This document shows positions 23,545 through 35,739 of a stretch of 64,000 bases of DNA, one piece after another. Both the position numbers and the translations under genes were made by a program. Each line of letters opens with the position of its first letter. The stretch's first letter is position 1. The notes beneath the pieces are model-generated. The model did not search any database. It saw only the letters and a program-made list of their open reading frames with translations, and was not told the origin of the DNA. Origin of the DNA: Raillietiella orientalis (lineage: Eukaryota); NCBI GenBank assembly GCA_036172245.1, contig JAYWIR010000012.1:3100001-3164000 (forward strand), in the 5' to 3' direction.

Positions 23545-24260
23545 GTGGGCGGCAGTCTGGCTGCTGCATCCACGTGCGGCACAGGGCATCGCGGGTTCGA
23601 ATCCCTCCCAGAGAAGGAACCTCGCCAGGAAATGAGGGCTGCGTCGCGAGTTTCGAGTCCTCCCCTCTCCGCAGGATGACGCTGGTTGGTGTATTCGGGT
23701 GAGGCACTGGTATGAGCCGGATGTCGCGTTCCCTGTCCGGGATTGGAAGTGGACCCGCCGGGGTTCTCCCAGGAACTACAGAGCCGGTTTCCTTCGGGTC
23801 CCCGCCGGCTGCGAAAGGGGAACCGTACCATGGAGCTGGTTGATACTCCCCTCGGAGAGCTGCCTCCCCAGAGTGTTAGAAGCATCCTACTTCCTTCGGG
23901 GTGCACCCTTCACAGATAAGTGGGAAGCTCCTCTTCGGGCTTCTCTTCAGAGGAGGAGGGAATTAGGAGAGGTTTCCTTGCGGGTTCCCTTCTCCAGTTC
24001 CCATCCCCCTCATCATCCTTATCCTCTTCCTTCTCCCTTTTCCTCCCTTCCTCTTTTCCTTCCTCCTGATCACACCTTCTTCCCCTGGAGAAGAAACGAA
24101 CAGTGGCCGTTTCCCTGAGGGGCACCCCTCAGCGGAGAATAAGGAAGATTCCCTTCGCAGACAACCAGGACGAGGGTTCCCTTCGTTTCCCTCCCAAGCG
24201 TAAGAGGAACGCACCTATGCCTCCTCCAGAATCCTCCTGGATTCCTAGGGTGGTCCATTC
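23545..24260 (+). mobile_element. tRNA-headed SINE-like repeat, copy B
   Basis: B-box GGTTCGAATCC at 23594, second gtttcgagtcc, then caggatgacgctggttgg, ccgggattggaagtggaccc and cgtaccatggagctgg. Confidence 0.7.
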
Positions 24261-24937
24261 GGAAGCACCGCTCTCCTCAGAGGGTAACAGCGTGACGGAG
24301 GTGACTGCAAATGCCGCGGGTACCCACCCAATGCAGCGAGGGTTCTGGAAGGGAGGGAGCCGCGGAAAGAATGGCATTTTCGTGGGATACTTTACCGTGG
24401 CCAAAGGTCACATGCTGACTCTGATGACATTCGGCGGGAGTGGAGTAGGTGCTGAATGGAGTTGACTCCTCCCTTCGGCAACACGATCCGAGGCTTCCGA
24501 GGTTGCCAACAGAATTCCATTTGTCGGGAAGACAAAAGGGACATTTTCCTGGAGCAGTCAGATTTGCAGATAAACCGGAAGCCGAGTTCCGGGACCGTCA
24601 CTTGGTTGTTTCTTCCTGTTCCTTTCGAAAGAAACACATGGAAAGAAAAACTGCGCACCAGTAGGCTTTCTACGAGGGCCATCCAGAGGCTGCAACGCGG
24701 ACCTCCGGCCACTCACTTAAATCCAATGGAGTTTCAGACACAGACTGTGATGGAACATGAACTCAGAAGTAGGCCGGGAGCCACGACCTGACCTCAAACC
24801 ACTGAAGAGCTCGCCGGGCGAAACCCAAGGCGCCACGTGCGACAAAACTCCAACAGAGTGGATCACTTTTATAGATTAAAGCTTGACATCATCATCCTTC
24901 TCAGAAGCCAGCATCCCGATCATGGTGCTCATAACTT

Positions 24938-25560
24938 GCGGGGTCCCCCGACGGAAAGAAGCTGTCCGTGGTGCTGATGAATGACCACAACAACAGGGCA
25001 GGAAGAAGGGTGGAGGCACTCGGCAAAGCAGCAGTGGTGGCGGCAGCAGCGGCTGCTCATCTTCCCTAGAGCGGGGGTGTTTTCTTTTTTCCCTATTCGG
25101 TCCGTTCTTCCTCTTCTCCCTTGTCCACCCTTCTTGATTTTCCACCCATCCTAATCCCCCTCTTTCAGCCGCTCTTTCTTTTCCTTCTTCTCTTCCTCCT
25201 TTCGCTTCTCATCCTCTTCTTCATTTCCTTGTCCCCTCTTTCTCTTCCTTCTTCACTTACCCTCCTTCCTCTTTTTCCTCCTCCTCCATTCTCCCTTCCT
25301 CTTTCGTTCCTCCTCCGTTCCTCTTCTCCTTCCTTCTGCTCTCACTTTCTTCCTCTCTTCCTCTTGCTCATTCCTTTCTCATCCTCTTCTTCCTCTTCTC
25401 CATCCTCTTCCCCTCTTTCATTTGCTCCTCTGCTGGTCTCTACGATTTAAGAAGACCTCTGGAGCCACAGATTGCGGCACTGCGGATGGCAGGTGTCCGT
25501 GCATTTCCGTCACCGAAGCGAGACGGTGGAATCGGCGCCTTACGAAGGACACGCGCGAAA
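24938..25560 (+). pseudogene. Duplicated fragment of the Wnt gene (last 72 nt of an exon + ~550 nt of following intron), inverted
   Basis: Encodes SPDGKKLSVVLMNDHNNRAGRR|GT. Reverse-complement match to ~61970-62733, including intronic gaagacctctggagc..gacacgcgcga. Confidence 0.9.
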
Positions 25561-26399
25561 AGCAATTCCTTCTCAGGGAGCACGCAGGCATCCTCCCTAC
25601 GTCCGGTACACGAAATCATTCACACTGTACAGGTCACGTGCGTGGAAGGATGCGTACTCAGAGGATTGGGCTACCCCCAAGTTACGCCCTCTCCGAGACC
25701 TCAGGGAATGCCACAGAAAAAGCTATCCGAAATTTTTTCGCCCTCTACTTCAGGAATGCCATGGCGATTTTTTGTTACCCGGTCGCGCCGGGAAATCTTG
25801 CCTCGGGAGAGATTCTCGATGAAGCTGGCCCGGCGCGAGAACATTCGGGATGCTGTGCGCCTGCTCCTGCATCGGTGAAATGAGGAGGAAGAAGAGGATG
25901 CTCCTTCAGCATGTAAGGCAGCCTACTGGGTCCCGGTGCATGGCTGCGCTTGATGCGGAAAGTTTTTAGAGTGCATAAGTGAGATAAAGAGGTAAAAAAT
26001 AGAGAATGTACAAAATGGTCCTTTTTGAGAGGAAAGAGAGATTCATTGCTTGGCGTATTTATTTCTATTTTCTTTTTTTGTTTGTTTGTAAACTTGTCGT
26101 TCAGAGGGAAACTTTTCGTCATTCCCTATGGGAACTTCGGTATCCCGGGCCTCCTTGTCGGCTCCTCTGTCCTTCCTCTACGTTTCCATCTGGGCTCTCC
26201 CCCGGAACGAATAAGGTCGTCACGTCTCGGAGGAGGGAGAGTAACCAAGGAGTGCCCCCACTGCTCCCCCCTTACCCACGTGTTCCTCGAAGACGGAAGG
26301 CTGGTCGAAGATGGAAGCGCCGCACTTTAGATCCCCCACTCTGCACCACAAGGGCTCTCCGGTTTCCCCTCTTGGGAGATTCCAGAAGATTCACGGAGG

Positions 26400-28610
26400 C
26401 TCTGCGTTGTTGGGCACTCTTCTTTGCCTCGAGGCGTGTCGACGTTCGATGGTGAGCCGAACAGAAGAGACCCTGGGTCGTCCCAGCAAGCCCGTGAGGC
26501 AGCAGCAGCCTCTTCTGAAGTTTCCCTTTATCCAGGAAGGGAGTTTATCTTAAGTGAAGAGCCAGAAGAGCGTGATCCCTGGGTTTCGGTGGTCCTTGTC
26601 CGGAAGAGACGGAGTGACCTCCAAACGGTCGCTATCCCCGAATGCCATGGAGTCCAGAAAGGCTCCTCAAACCGCGCGGATCGCCTCGAGGGATGCAAGG
26701 TGCCAGCAAATTTCTTGCGAGCAGGACGAGGGAATTTTCCGGAAAAGGCTCTTCGGATCCTCCCGTGGTCTTTCCGTGGAGTTGGAAGCCAACGCAATCC
26801 GGAATAGCTCTTTTCCCTGAGGACGGGAACCTCACCAATAGGGAGTTCGTCTGTCCGGAGGGAGGAGAAAGAGAGGAACCGAGAATGACGAAGCTGCACC
26901 ACGGTGCGTCAAGGGGATGACGTCTCGTGTGCACCCGGAATGCACCGCGTCCTCACAATTCACCACCAGCACCCGTGAAGCCTGCCGCGTGCTCCGCGGA
27001 GAGAAATCGCCTCGCGGATGCAGCGACGAAACGTCCGAGAAAGAAGAGCTGAAGGAGGGAGCGAACTGGATGAGAGGGATCGAATTTGGAAAAAGGAGAA
27101 AATCTCCGGGATAAACTTTGAGTCAAGAAAAGTAGCAACCTGCAATGCAGGCCGCAGGCTCTTCAGGAATTTCAAAGTCGAAGGGCAGCAGGAATGGTGC
27201 GGACAGGTATCTTAAGAGCTCGCCGGCATCGGGGAGATTCGACCGTTTGACGGGAGCGCCTTCCACAGGTCATCCCCCCCTTCGGGATCTCTTACTTTCA
27301 AATGGAGGAGATGGTCGACCTCAAACATTCGGCAAGAGGAATCAGTCGACTTTCACCTCCTTGAGGGCTCTCCAGGGAAATCGATCGCCGGTGTGTCCCA
27401 TGAGAAGGGTGCATCAGGACACTTCCGCTCCAAGCGATCGTGACTCCTTCGCTTTAGCAAGAGTGGGGTGATCCGGCAGGAGCACACAGGCTCGGAAGAT
27501 CCTCGACGCCTGCGACTTTTCCTGAGTCATCCCTTGGACGAAGTCATGCAGGACAAGAACAATTCGGATCGTCTGACCGCCAGACAACTCGCCGCAGAGC
27601 TGTCTGCCCTCAGGGCAAGTAACGACAGTTGCCTACCGGCGAAATGGGAGTTCTCCTTCACAATAGCGGGAGTGACGAAGCTCCTCGGCGGCTGGACGAC
27701 AAAGGAGCTGGTGGAAGCCGCCACTCCTCGGAATCGGGCCTGCTTCGGTGGAGCGAACATTTAAGTGTACCCCCCGAAGTGATAGTGGTCCCCCCTGTTT
27801 GTTTGGACAGCTCCTTGTTCCCCTTAAAGTGGAAACATGATGTGATGCTCTTTTTACACTGGGGATTCCACTGTAATCGGCTGCGAAGCATCGTTCCCGG
27901 GGGAGCTGCTTCGCCAAACTGTTTGAGGAGCGGAGAGATCGAGTCTTTTCCGCACCTCTTGCTGGACTGCGGTGACCTCCGTGAACTGTGACGAAGGCTG
28001 ATTTCAGCCATCATGCCGCAGGGAGGCCCTGCCATTGATGTGCTGCGGCGCTTCTTCAGCAGGAATGGACTTTCGGTAGGCGTGATTGTCGCAACCATGT
28101 GTTGCATTCGCGCCATCGTGAAGGCCCGCTACGCCCTGGAGTAGTCAGCGCAGCGAAGGGAGGCTCACCTGCTTGCAGCCGTATCTATGAAGAAGGCTGC
28201 GAAGTGGTCTCATCTTCGTGACGAGGTGAAAGAGGACATCGCCGGCATCCATCGCCGGTTTACAGACTTTTGAGAACGGCGTAATCCGGTGACCACTGCG
28301 ACCTGTAGCCCACCCGTACCCCATCCCCGTTCGCTCTGCTGAATTTCCGGTGCCATTACTTATATCCCGGTACCTACCAGAGCGATCCCAAAGACCCTTG
28401 TCCCGGCGTCCCCCATTAATTGCTTTTCTTTTGTTTTTGTTTGTTTGTGTTCCCCGTCCCCACACACCGTTTCCAAGACTGTTATTCTGGCCTGCGTGCC
28501 AGCAATATTCTCCTGATCCTTGTCCAGTCGTCGGTTGGGAGCCTGGTTCCCAACCTGTTTATTTTATATAATTGTGATTTTTCTTGTTTCTATTATATGA
28601 AATAAACGCC
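26400..28610 (+). mobile_element. Decayed L1/Tx1-type LINE (RT, zf-RVT, 3' tail)
   Basis: VVLVRK..ADRL, EKAL.ILPWSF, VRQGDDVS (~26903), KISGINFESRK, zf-RVT at 27810-27990, T-rich 3' region and AATAAA at 28601. Confidence 0.7.
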
Positions 28611-30299
28611 CCGGCTTGACCAGGTGAGAAATCTCAACCTCCTTCCGCCTCCCCCTCCATTCTCCGCTCTGTGTCAGTTCCCTCCGCCGCCCGAGTTCCG
28701 CGCACCTCGGCAGCTGCTGAGTCCGGAACTCAAGGGTCGACCGGAAGTGAGAACACCCACTTCCAGTTGGATGCTGTGTCTGGACCGAGGACCACTCATT
28801 CCGTGGAAGAGCGGGCCGCCGGCATCCCGCTTGCATGGGCGAGTCAGCAGGGTCTCTTCCCGGGATTGAATTCTGGAAGTAAGCGCCACTGCCGCCCGTG
28901 TCAGGGAGAGTTTCGACTAGGCGCCCGCTTTTGAGGAAGATGCCGCGGCTCTCCCTGACGACTGTGCTCCCCTGAAAGCAGGAGGGACAATCGTCTGGGT
29001 CGCTCCCTCCGGTTCGGGTAGGGAAGCGGGGAGGAGGGGAAGCTGCGATCTCCTTCGGGGCCTTGGCTGCCTGGCGCCTCCTCGCATTCTACTGGTCTGA
29101 ACTTTGCAATTAGCTGCTCCCCTTCTTGACGGTCTTTCCGAAACCTCTTGGGAGCTCCCTGGAGGCGAGAAAGGAAGGACTGATCCGCAACTCTTCGGGA
29201 TGTCTTTTACCCTTCCCTTCCCTCTTCTTGGGTCCGTGAACTTGGGAAGTTTGAAAACAGATAGCGTGACGAGGCGAGGAGATCCGCTCATACAGCACCC
29301 CAACCCTTGGTCATCGGTTTGGACAGATTGCGAGGACGGCAGGATAGCGAGCGTCAGTCCTCGAGTGAAGGAAAGGTCCAGTCTTTAGCTTGCTTGGATG
29401 ACTTCACCTTCCACTCCCTCTCTTCCTGGGTTCACTGGACGTGTGAGGTTGAGGAATCTTCTGTCCGTTATCCAGCTGCGCCGGTCGGCTGTCTCACCCC
29501 TGCCTCCCTCTATAAACCCTTCCGGGCTTCGATGACAGCCCCAGCTGCGAACCGGCAGTTCCGTGGGAGAGCAAGGGAAGGGGAGAGACCTCCCGGTGAC
29601 ATCCGGTCAAGACCTCTCCGGTCGGCGAACCGTCTCCGGACACTTCCTCGGAGTGGGAGTGCTTCCGCGTTTTCCCCGGTCCCCCATTCAAGCGGTTGGT
29701 GGGGCAAGTAGCGATCTGGAGTCGCGCCGCTCTCCCCTTCTGGAGGAGCCGCAGACGGGATGATGAAATGCATCCTCCCAAGGTTTCCTCCCTTCCTATC
29801 ATCGAATCCCTATAAGCCCCCTTTGTGCCCTAGGGAATCAAACAGGTGCATCTCCTTCCCTTCTATCTTCTTTTTCATCTTCATCATTTGGAGTTTTTCC
29901 TCCCATTTCCTTCTCTCCTTCCTTCTCTGGAGACAAAGAGACAGAGAAGAAGGGAAAGGAAGGGAGTAAGCGACCATCCCAAAGCGGAGGAATTTTTCGT
30001 CGGGTCCATGACCGGGAGTAGCATCTTTCCTGAATATCGATTGGGAACCTTTGGTGCCTCCTTCGGTCCTCCGCGGATTAAAGGCAAACCGCCGCCATTG
30101 ATATGAAAATAAGGAATTCTTTCGATTCCTCCTTGAAGAAGAGGAGGAGGAGGGGGAAGGGGGTGAACGCTTCCTCCACCTCCCTTGGTCTCTTGGAGAC
30201 TCAGCAAGATGGGTCCTCTGGAATGTCCGATGAGTTTGCAGAGGCTCGCTGTCAGCATGAGCATGAGCGATCTGCTCCCAGCTCCCAAGAAGTCCGACG

Positions 30300-30950
30300 T
30301 TGATTAAACCGCGAGAGGCCCCGCAGGAATCTTCCCGGTCCACTCGGGTGTCCGGAATGCAGGCGCAGCTGTCTCCGTCTGTCTTCTTCACAAAGACCCG
30401 GGCACTTGCCAGGATGAGCGTTTGGCGGGTATTCCGCGACATCCCCCATCTCTCCTCATCCCTCATCCGCCTTCCTGCTCCTCGATTACCGAACCCGGAA
30501 AGGTCTCCCTTTCTGTCCATTCATCATCGCTATTCGAGTTTCCGATTGCAAGTGATACGTCTTGCAAGGCTGGGTCCCGTCCTGCACTCTTCCGAAACAT
30601 CTTGCAGCCTCCGTGGACGCCGCCTGCACTCGGTGGCTCCACGAGCAGCCAGCTTCCGGGCGTGCCCGATCGCGCTTCCTCTTTCCCTGCTCTCCACGAG
30701 TGGATTCCGCTGCGGACAGAGAGGCGCTTCCGCCGCGCCGGTGGGAAGAACGGGGGCCGCATCCATCTTCCAGGCGCGCGATGCTTAGTCCGCGTCAAGA
30801 AACCCGCGCTAGTGCTCGGCAGTAGCCCTTGTTTCGAGGCATGGGAGATTCCAAGACTCCGGCACGAAGGCGAGGTTCCACCACTGGTCACTCTTCCAAG
30901 CCTCTCGCATTGCTTTTCACTGAAGACCGTTCCACTGCAACAGTGAGTGG
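30300..30950 (+). mobile_element. Decayed LINE zf-RVT-like 3' fragment
   Basis: VWRVFRDIP..PFLSIHHR..RLARLG..SCSLRG..HSV..FRAC resembles the zf-RVT pattern. Confidence 0.4.
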
Positions 30951-31445
30951 ACGTGTGTCGTGGCGCGACGGTGGACAGACTGGAGGAAAACTCCTGGACA
31001 GACCGAAGGATTTTGGACGCGTGTGATTTTTTTTCCCACAGGTTTCTCCCGGAAACGCGAAAGAGGACGCGTGTGAACCCCAGCGGCCCTGCTTCTTCCC
31101 GCGCTGCGCTGAAGCAGGTGCGACAGGACCTCGCAGGCTCATCCACCTCTTCACGGAAACTAGATCAAGAAGAAGCGGCCATCGTTCCCTTCCGTGGGAA
31201 GCGGAGGGATTTTGAAGTTACCTTCGCGAAAAATCTGTCCTGCTCCGACGTTCGGAAGACCATCCAGTTCCCGGAACGATTTTCGGGATGCATTTCCCGC
31301 AGGCTACTGCGGAGCATTCGACGTGAATCGCCGACTCCATAGCTTTGCAAATGCTCCTCCAGCCAACGGCGGAAATGCAATCAAAGAGGAGCTGCCTAGG
31401 AGACCCTCACTCTCTCGTGTTGGTGAACGCAAGGCAGGGAGCGTT

Positions 31446-31720
31446 GACGGCCACGTGGCTGCGATCTCCGCTCACGGCACTAGACGTTGCAGGTTCGAAT
31501 CCTGCCCGAGGTAGGATTGATGCCGAGAAATGGGTACATCGAGGGTTTCGAATCTCCCCAGCAGGATGTTGCTGGTTGGCCCACGGCCATCATGTGCGGC
31601 ATTGGTGGAAAACCGAATGCCTCAGTTCACCGATTTCGGGATTGTAAGTTGACCCTCCGGGGTCCTTCCAGGAATCGAGGATTCCTTCGGGGTCTCCCTC
31701 CGGTTGTGAATAATGGGAGC
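31446..31720 (+). mobile_element. tRNA-headed SINE-like repeat, copy C
   Basis: GGCCACGTGGCTGCG..TTGCAGGTTCGAATCCTGC (B-box at 31492), second gggtttcgaatc, then gttgaccctccggggtccttccaggaa. Confidence 0.72.
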
Positions 31721-32527
31721 CTACGGTTGTCTGACAATTCAACATTCGCTGTTCCTTCAGACAGCTGCTTTTGCGCTCCAAACCCCATTGCATCGGTCCA
31801 CCCAGCCTCCGTATCACCACCATCAGACCCACTGGGTCAAGCCGAGATCCGAGTAGGTCCGAATCATCCCGCGTAGCTACACTTGGACGCTCTTTCGAGT
31901 CTCCACACGTGGAAATGTCTGCGGCGGTGGACCAGCCAATCAAATTGACCGCGTTCTGGTTGACCCTGCGGGAAACGGCGCTCCTGCTCGCGCGAGAACT
32001 CCTTGGGAGGTGGTGCGCTCCATCCGCCAGACCAAACAGAAAAACTCGGATGGGTGCACTTCAGCTGCTCCGCCAGAAGCTACCGAAAACACTGTGCCTC
32101 CCTCTCCGGAGGTTGGTCACCGAAGCCGGCGGCTGCATCCTCTTGCTCGGAATGGGCATCTCATTGCAAAATTCCGCCATGAACGGATTGCTGCCAGACG
32201 TCTCCCGCGGAGGTAGATTTCAGAGGAAGCTTCCGGTGTTTCCGGTGTCTTCCATGTCATCTTCCAAGAGAAATTTCCTGCACGGAGAGCTCTTTTTGGG
32301 AAGGATTCCTCATATGCCGCGGCGCCTTCCCAAGGAAGAACTCATCAGCTAGAGGGATGGCTGTGAAGAAACGGTCCAGTTACATGCAGTCCCAGGTAAT
32401 GCAGTAAGTTCACATGACGCTCTCCTGTTTATGTACCACTACGTCGCTAGGGCATCTAGATGAGAATGCAGATCACACACGCAGCAGCAAGGAAGCAAAA
32501 TTGATATGCAATACCCCCTGAGATGGC

Positions 32528-32645
32528 ACCTGTTGTCGCGCCTGCACACCCTGAGACCACGGTGCTGGCAACATGGTCCCACCTTGCACGTGTTGCCGTG
32601 CATGCACACCCTACGGTTACGGTGCTGGCAATATGTGCATGTCAT
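32528..32645. repeat. Imperfect 60-bp tandem duplication
   Basis: tgttg.cg.gc.tgcacaccct....acggtgctggcaa.atg present twice with period 60. Confidence 0.8.
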
Positions 32646-33199
32646 GATAGTGAGATGACTGCAGGAAATGAGAACTTTAAAAAAAATTCTGATCTTCCTT
32701 GTACGTTTTCTTTCTTTTTTTTTTCCTGTACAAATCCCGGCTCGTTTCCTGATTTTTTCGGAGAAACTTTTCGTTACTGAGATGTAGTGGGGCGGTTTGT
32801 GTTTCACTTATCTGCAAGATGTTTCCTTGTTTCCTTCTGTTTTTTGTTGCCTTCCAGTATCACTGTTGATACATTACCGACCTCTCCATTTTTTTCGGTC
32901 TGTCTTCCGCAGTGTCTTGCACGATAGGGGGTTCCTGGATGCTGTGGAGACTGGCAGTCTAGGTCCCCTCTCCTTCTCTCTTTCCTCCCCGCCGACAGGA
33001 TGCCGTCCTTTTCGAACCCGAGCAGCATCCTGGCTGGGCCCGCCACGCACTGTCTGCGTGACTGCCCAGGACGGAGGAGGAGGAGGAAGAGGAAGAACCC
33101 TCGCTGGCACAATTAGAAAGTGCTGCTGCCTGTCCATTCACATGACAGTCTTCTGGTTCCTGTTCGGGTTGATGTGACTCAGGCCTTCCGTCCCCTAAG

Positions 33200-34030
33200 C
33201 AGGCGCAGGGGGACTCGCTGGAGAAAAACCAACGCCGACATTGATCTTCATCGAAGTCGAGCCTCCTGCGCGGCATTTTTTTTAGAGGATGAGCAGAATC
33301 TTTTGACTCTCTTCCTGCTTTCTGGTCTACCCGCCCGCTGCTGCTCCGTCATTCCTAGGCATCCCAGGTATACTGGAATGATTTCGGAGCTCTCAGGGGA
33401 ATGCACATTCGGCTTCTGAAAACCTCCCGAGGGCATCGTTTGGTCCTCCTTTCCCCAGGAGTTTCTTCCCTGGCAAGAGCAGCTGCTCTGGAGCTCCCCT
33501 CCGGAGCAACTTTGGTTTCGCGGCAGCTCCGTGGTTTGCCACCCGAGGCTGCCCCCATCTTCGTGACATGGCCTCTGGGAAGAGCGATCTCCGAACGCGT
33601 GCACGTCAACCAATTCTCTGAGGCGAAGCGCAAACACTCCAGAAGGGAGAATTCCCCAATAGGGCGTAGTCCAACTCCAGAGTGCCCTTCTGCATGGATC
33701 CGGTGCAACAAGTGGGAGTTCAAGAGGTGGCCCGGAGGCGAAATCGACCTACGGGCCACGAGAAGGATGGGTGGGCGCGCTGCTTGGGCTGATGACGAGA
33801 AGCAGGGGTTCTTCGTCTGCCTCCTTCCAAAGAACCCTGGATGTAGTCCAAAAAGAGAGCATTGACTTTAGGAAGGAGGACAAGTTGGAAGGCGCTACTG
33901 CAACGACCAGCCTGCGCGATCCTCCTGCGCACCCCCTCAAAGGACAAGGCATAGTTTAAAGGTTTGAGCGCCCTAATCTTTTTCCAAGACTGGCTGACGG
34001 AGTGTCCAAAACAAATTAGCGACGACACAC
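33200..34030 (-). mobile_element. Possible decayed RLE-clade (Utopia/NeSL-like) post-RT fragment
   Basis: SQSWKKIRALK..YALSF and QPKQRA resemble the PWQKI.AL..F and LP.RA motifs. Weak. Confidence 0.3.
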
Positions 34031-35739
34031 TGACAGCACCCGAACATCACTCATCTGTGCGACGTTGGTGAGGGCAGTGGAAGAGGTGGGCGTTGACGTC
34101 AAAAACTTCACAAAGCATTCAGATAGGTGAATTTGGGTTGAGAGAAGAGAAAAAAGAGACAATTCATCGAGTTCTTTTCTTGCTGTTGGCCCCCGTGCCC
34201 GTTCCCTCCCGGTGGCGACCCCGCCGCGCTGCCTCTGCCCTCTCCCAAAGCTGCTGCCTGACCCAAATTCCTTCCCGTTCTCTCCTACAGCAAGTTAGTC
34301 CGTGACGGCGGTCGTCACAGCACTGAGGATCGCGGGGGAAGGGGACTCTTCCTCCCTGAGAGGTGTCGCACTACGTCGCGGGTGGAGAGATGCACCCTTT
34401 CTTCCTTTTCCACCGCAAAAGCGGCAGCGTGACATCCTGTCCACATCCCGAAGATAAGAGGTCACGCTGAAGGGTCTGAGTGAGCAGTGACTCTGGCCAG
34501 AGATCCCTGAGGAGAAAAGGGGGGCGGAAGACCCTTAGTTCCTCCGAAGGTGGTTTTCTCTATCCCTCTCCGTTTGCATCTCCTTCAGGTTGGTTCCTCC
34601 TCCTTTCGTTGTGTAGGGTGAGGATTTTTACGAGAAGCGCATTGCTAACGGCGTATCTGCTGAACCAGTTCCCCGCGGGAGGGGCCGCAGCCTTGATTCA
34701 GCAAGCAATGGCTCCTCCGGGAAGGCTCGGAGGCCAGACGGGTTGTCCGGAAATCCCCCGATGAAAACTTCCCAGACTCGTTCGGGAAGACGCTAATGGG
34801 AGAGACTGCTCCGAAAGGAGACGGTGCGGGAGCGGAAGGGAAGAAGGGGGAGGGCGTGCGGGAGAGGAGAGATGGGGTGGCCGAGTGGGCGCCGAACTGG
34901 CGAGGAGTCTCATGGGATTTCTGCTTTCTCGCTGAGCTGAGCCGCTGGTGGGATTTGGCTCTACGAGGCTCCTGGGGAATCCGGGAGAGAAACTTCGATT
35001 TCCCTCCCTCCTCCTCTCCGCTTCCCCCTCATCAATTGGAGCGGGTCCGAGAGAAGGGGGGTGAAGATTTCAAGAGAAACAAGGGAAGGGGAGGGGAAGG
35101 AGACGCCGGTTTCGGCTCTTCTTCATTCCGGCCGATCCCGCGGGCGCCTCCGTGCTCTCCGAGAGAGCACGGGAGCGCTGATCGTGAGCTGGAGACAGCT
35201 CCAGATATGAACAGCATCCCGTTCACCAAGAATCTCTCCTCGAGGGCCAGATCAAGTGACAGGGAAGAGGAGGGGATGGAAGGAGTGAGCCCTGCCCTTT
35301 CCCAGACCGGAGACGCTGAGGAGACGCGGGATGAAAGGGAGAAAATTTCGGGAGCAGTCGAGACGAATGAGAGAAACTACGGCATCCAGAAAAAGGAAAA
35401 AAACGGAAGGCAAACAGGAAGAAGGGAAATGGGGAGGAGGAATCTGAGGATCAGCACTTGCTCTCTCGCCTTTCCACCTCCTCCTTACCGAGGATGCGGT
35501 TCCGGCCACGTGGCTGGAGAGACGGAGCCTCTGTCCATCCGGCGGCGGGTGGGAGACTCGGGAAAGGTTTCTTTCTTCCGGTGGAGAGAAGAGACAGTCT
35601 TCCCCTCAAGCCAGGGACAGAGGGAATGTGATCTTTAGCCCCATCGCGCCCCGGTCTCTAGAGGACCGTTGGGCGGGGAGCTGAAGACGACGATCTTCTC
35701 TGCGTTTTGCTGATGCAGGACGCTAGCAACCTTTCAGTC

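Noticed and set aside
23545..23615. Functional tRNA genes at the GGTTCGAATCC motifs
   Set aside because: No complete cloverleaf (D-arm and acceptor stem defective), and downstream homology is shared between copies, so they are treated as SINE heads.
25121..25450. Hydrophobic membrane-protein-like ORFs (also 20466-20826, 61648-62551)
   Set aside because: These are translation artefacts of CT/GA low-complexity tracts.
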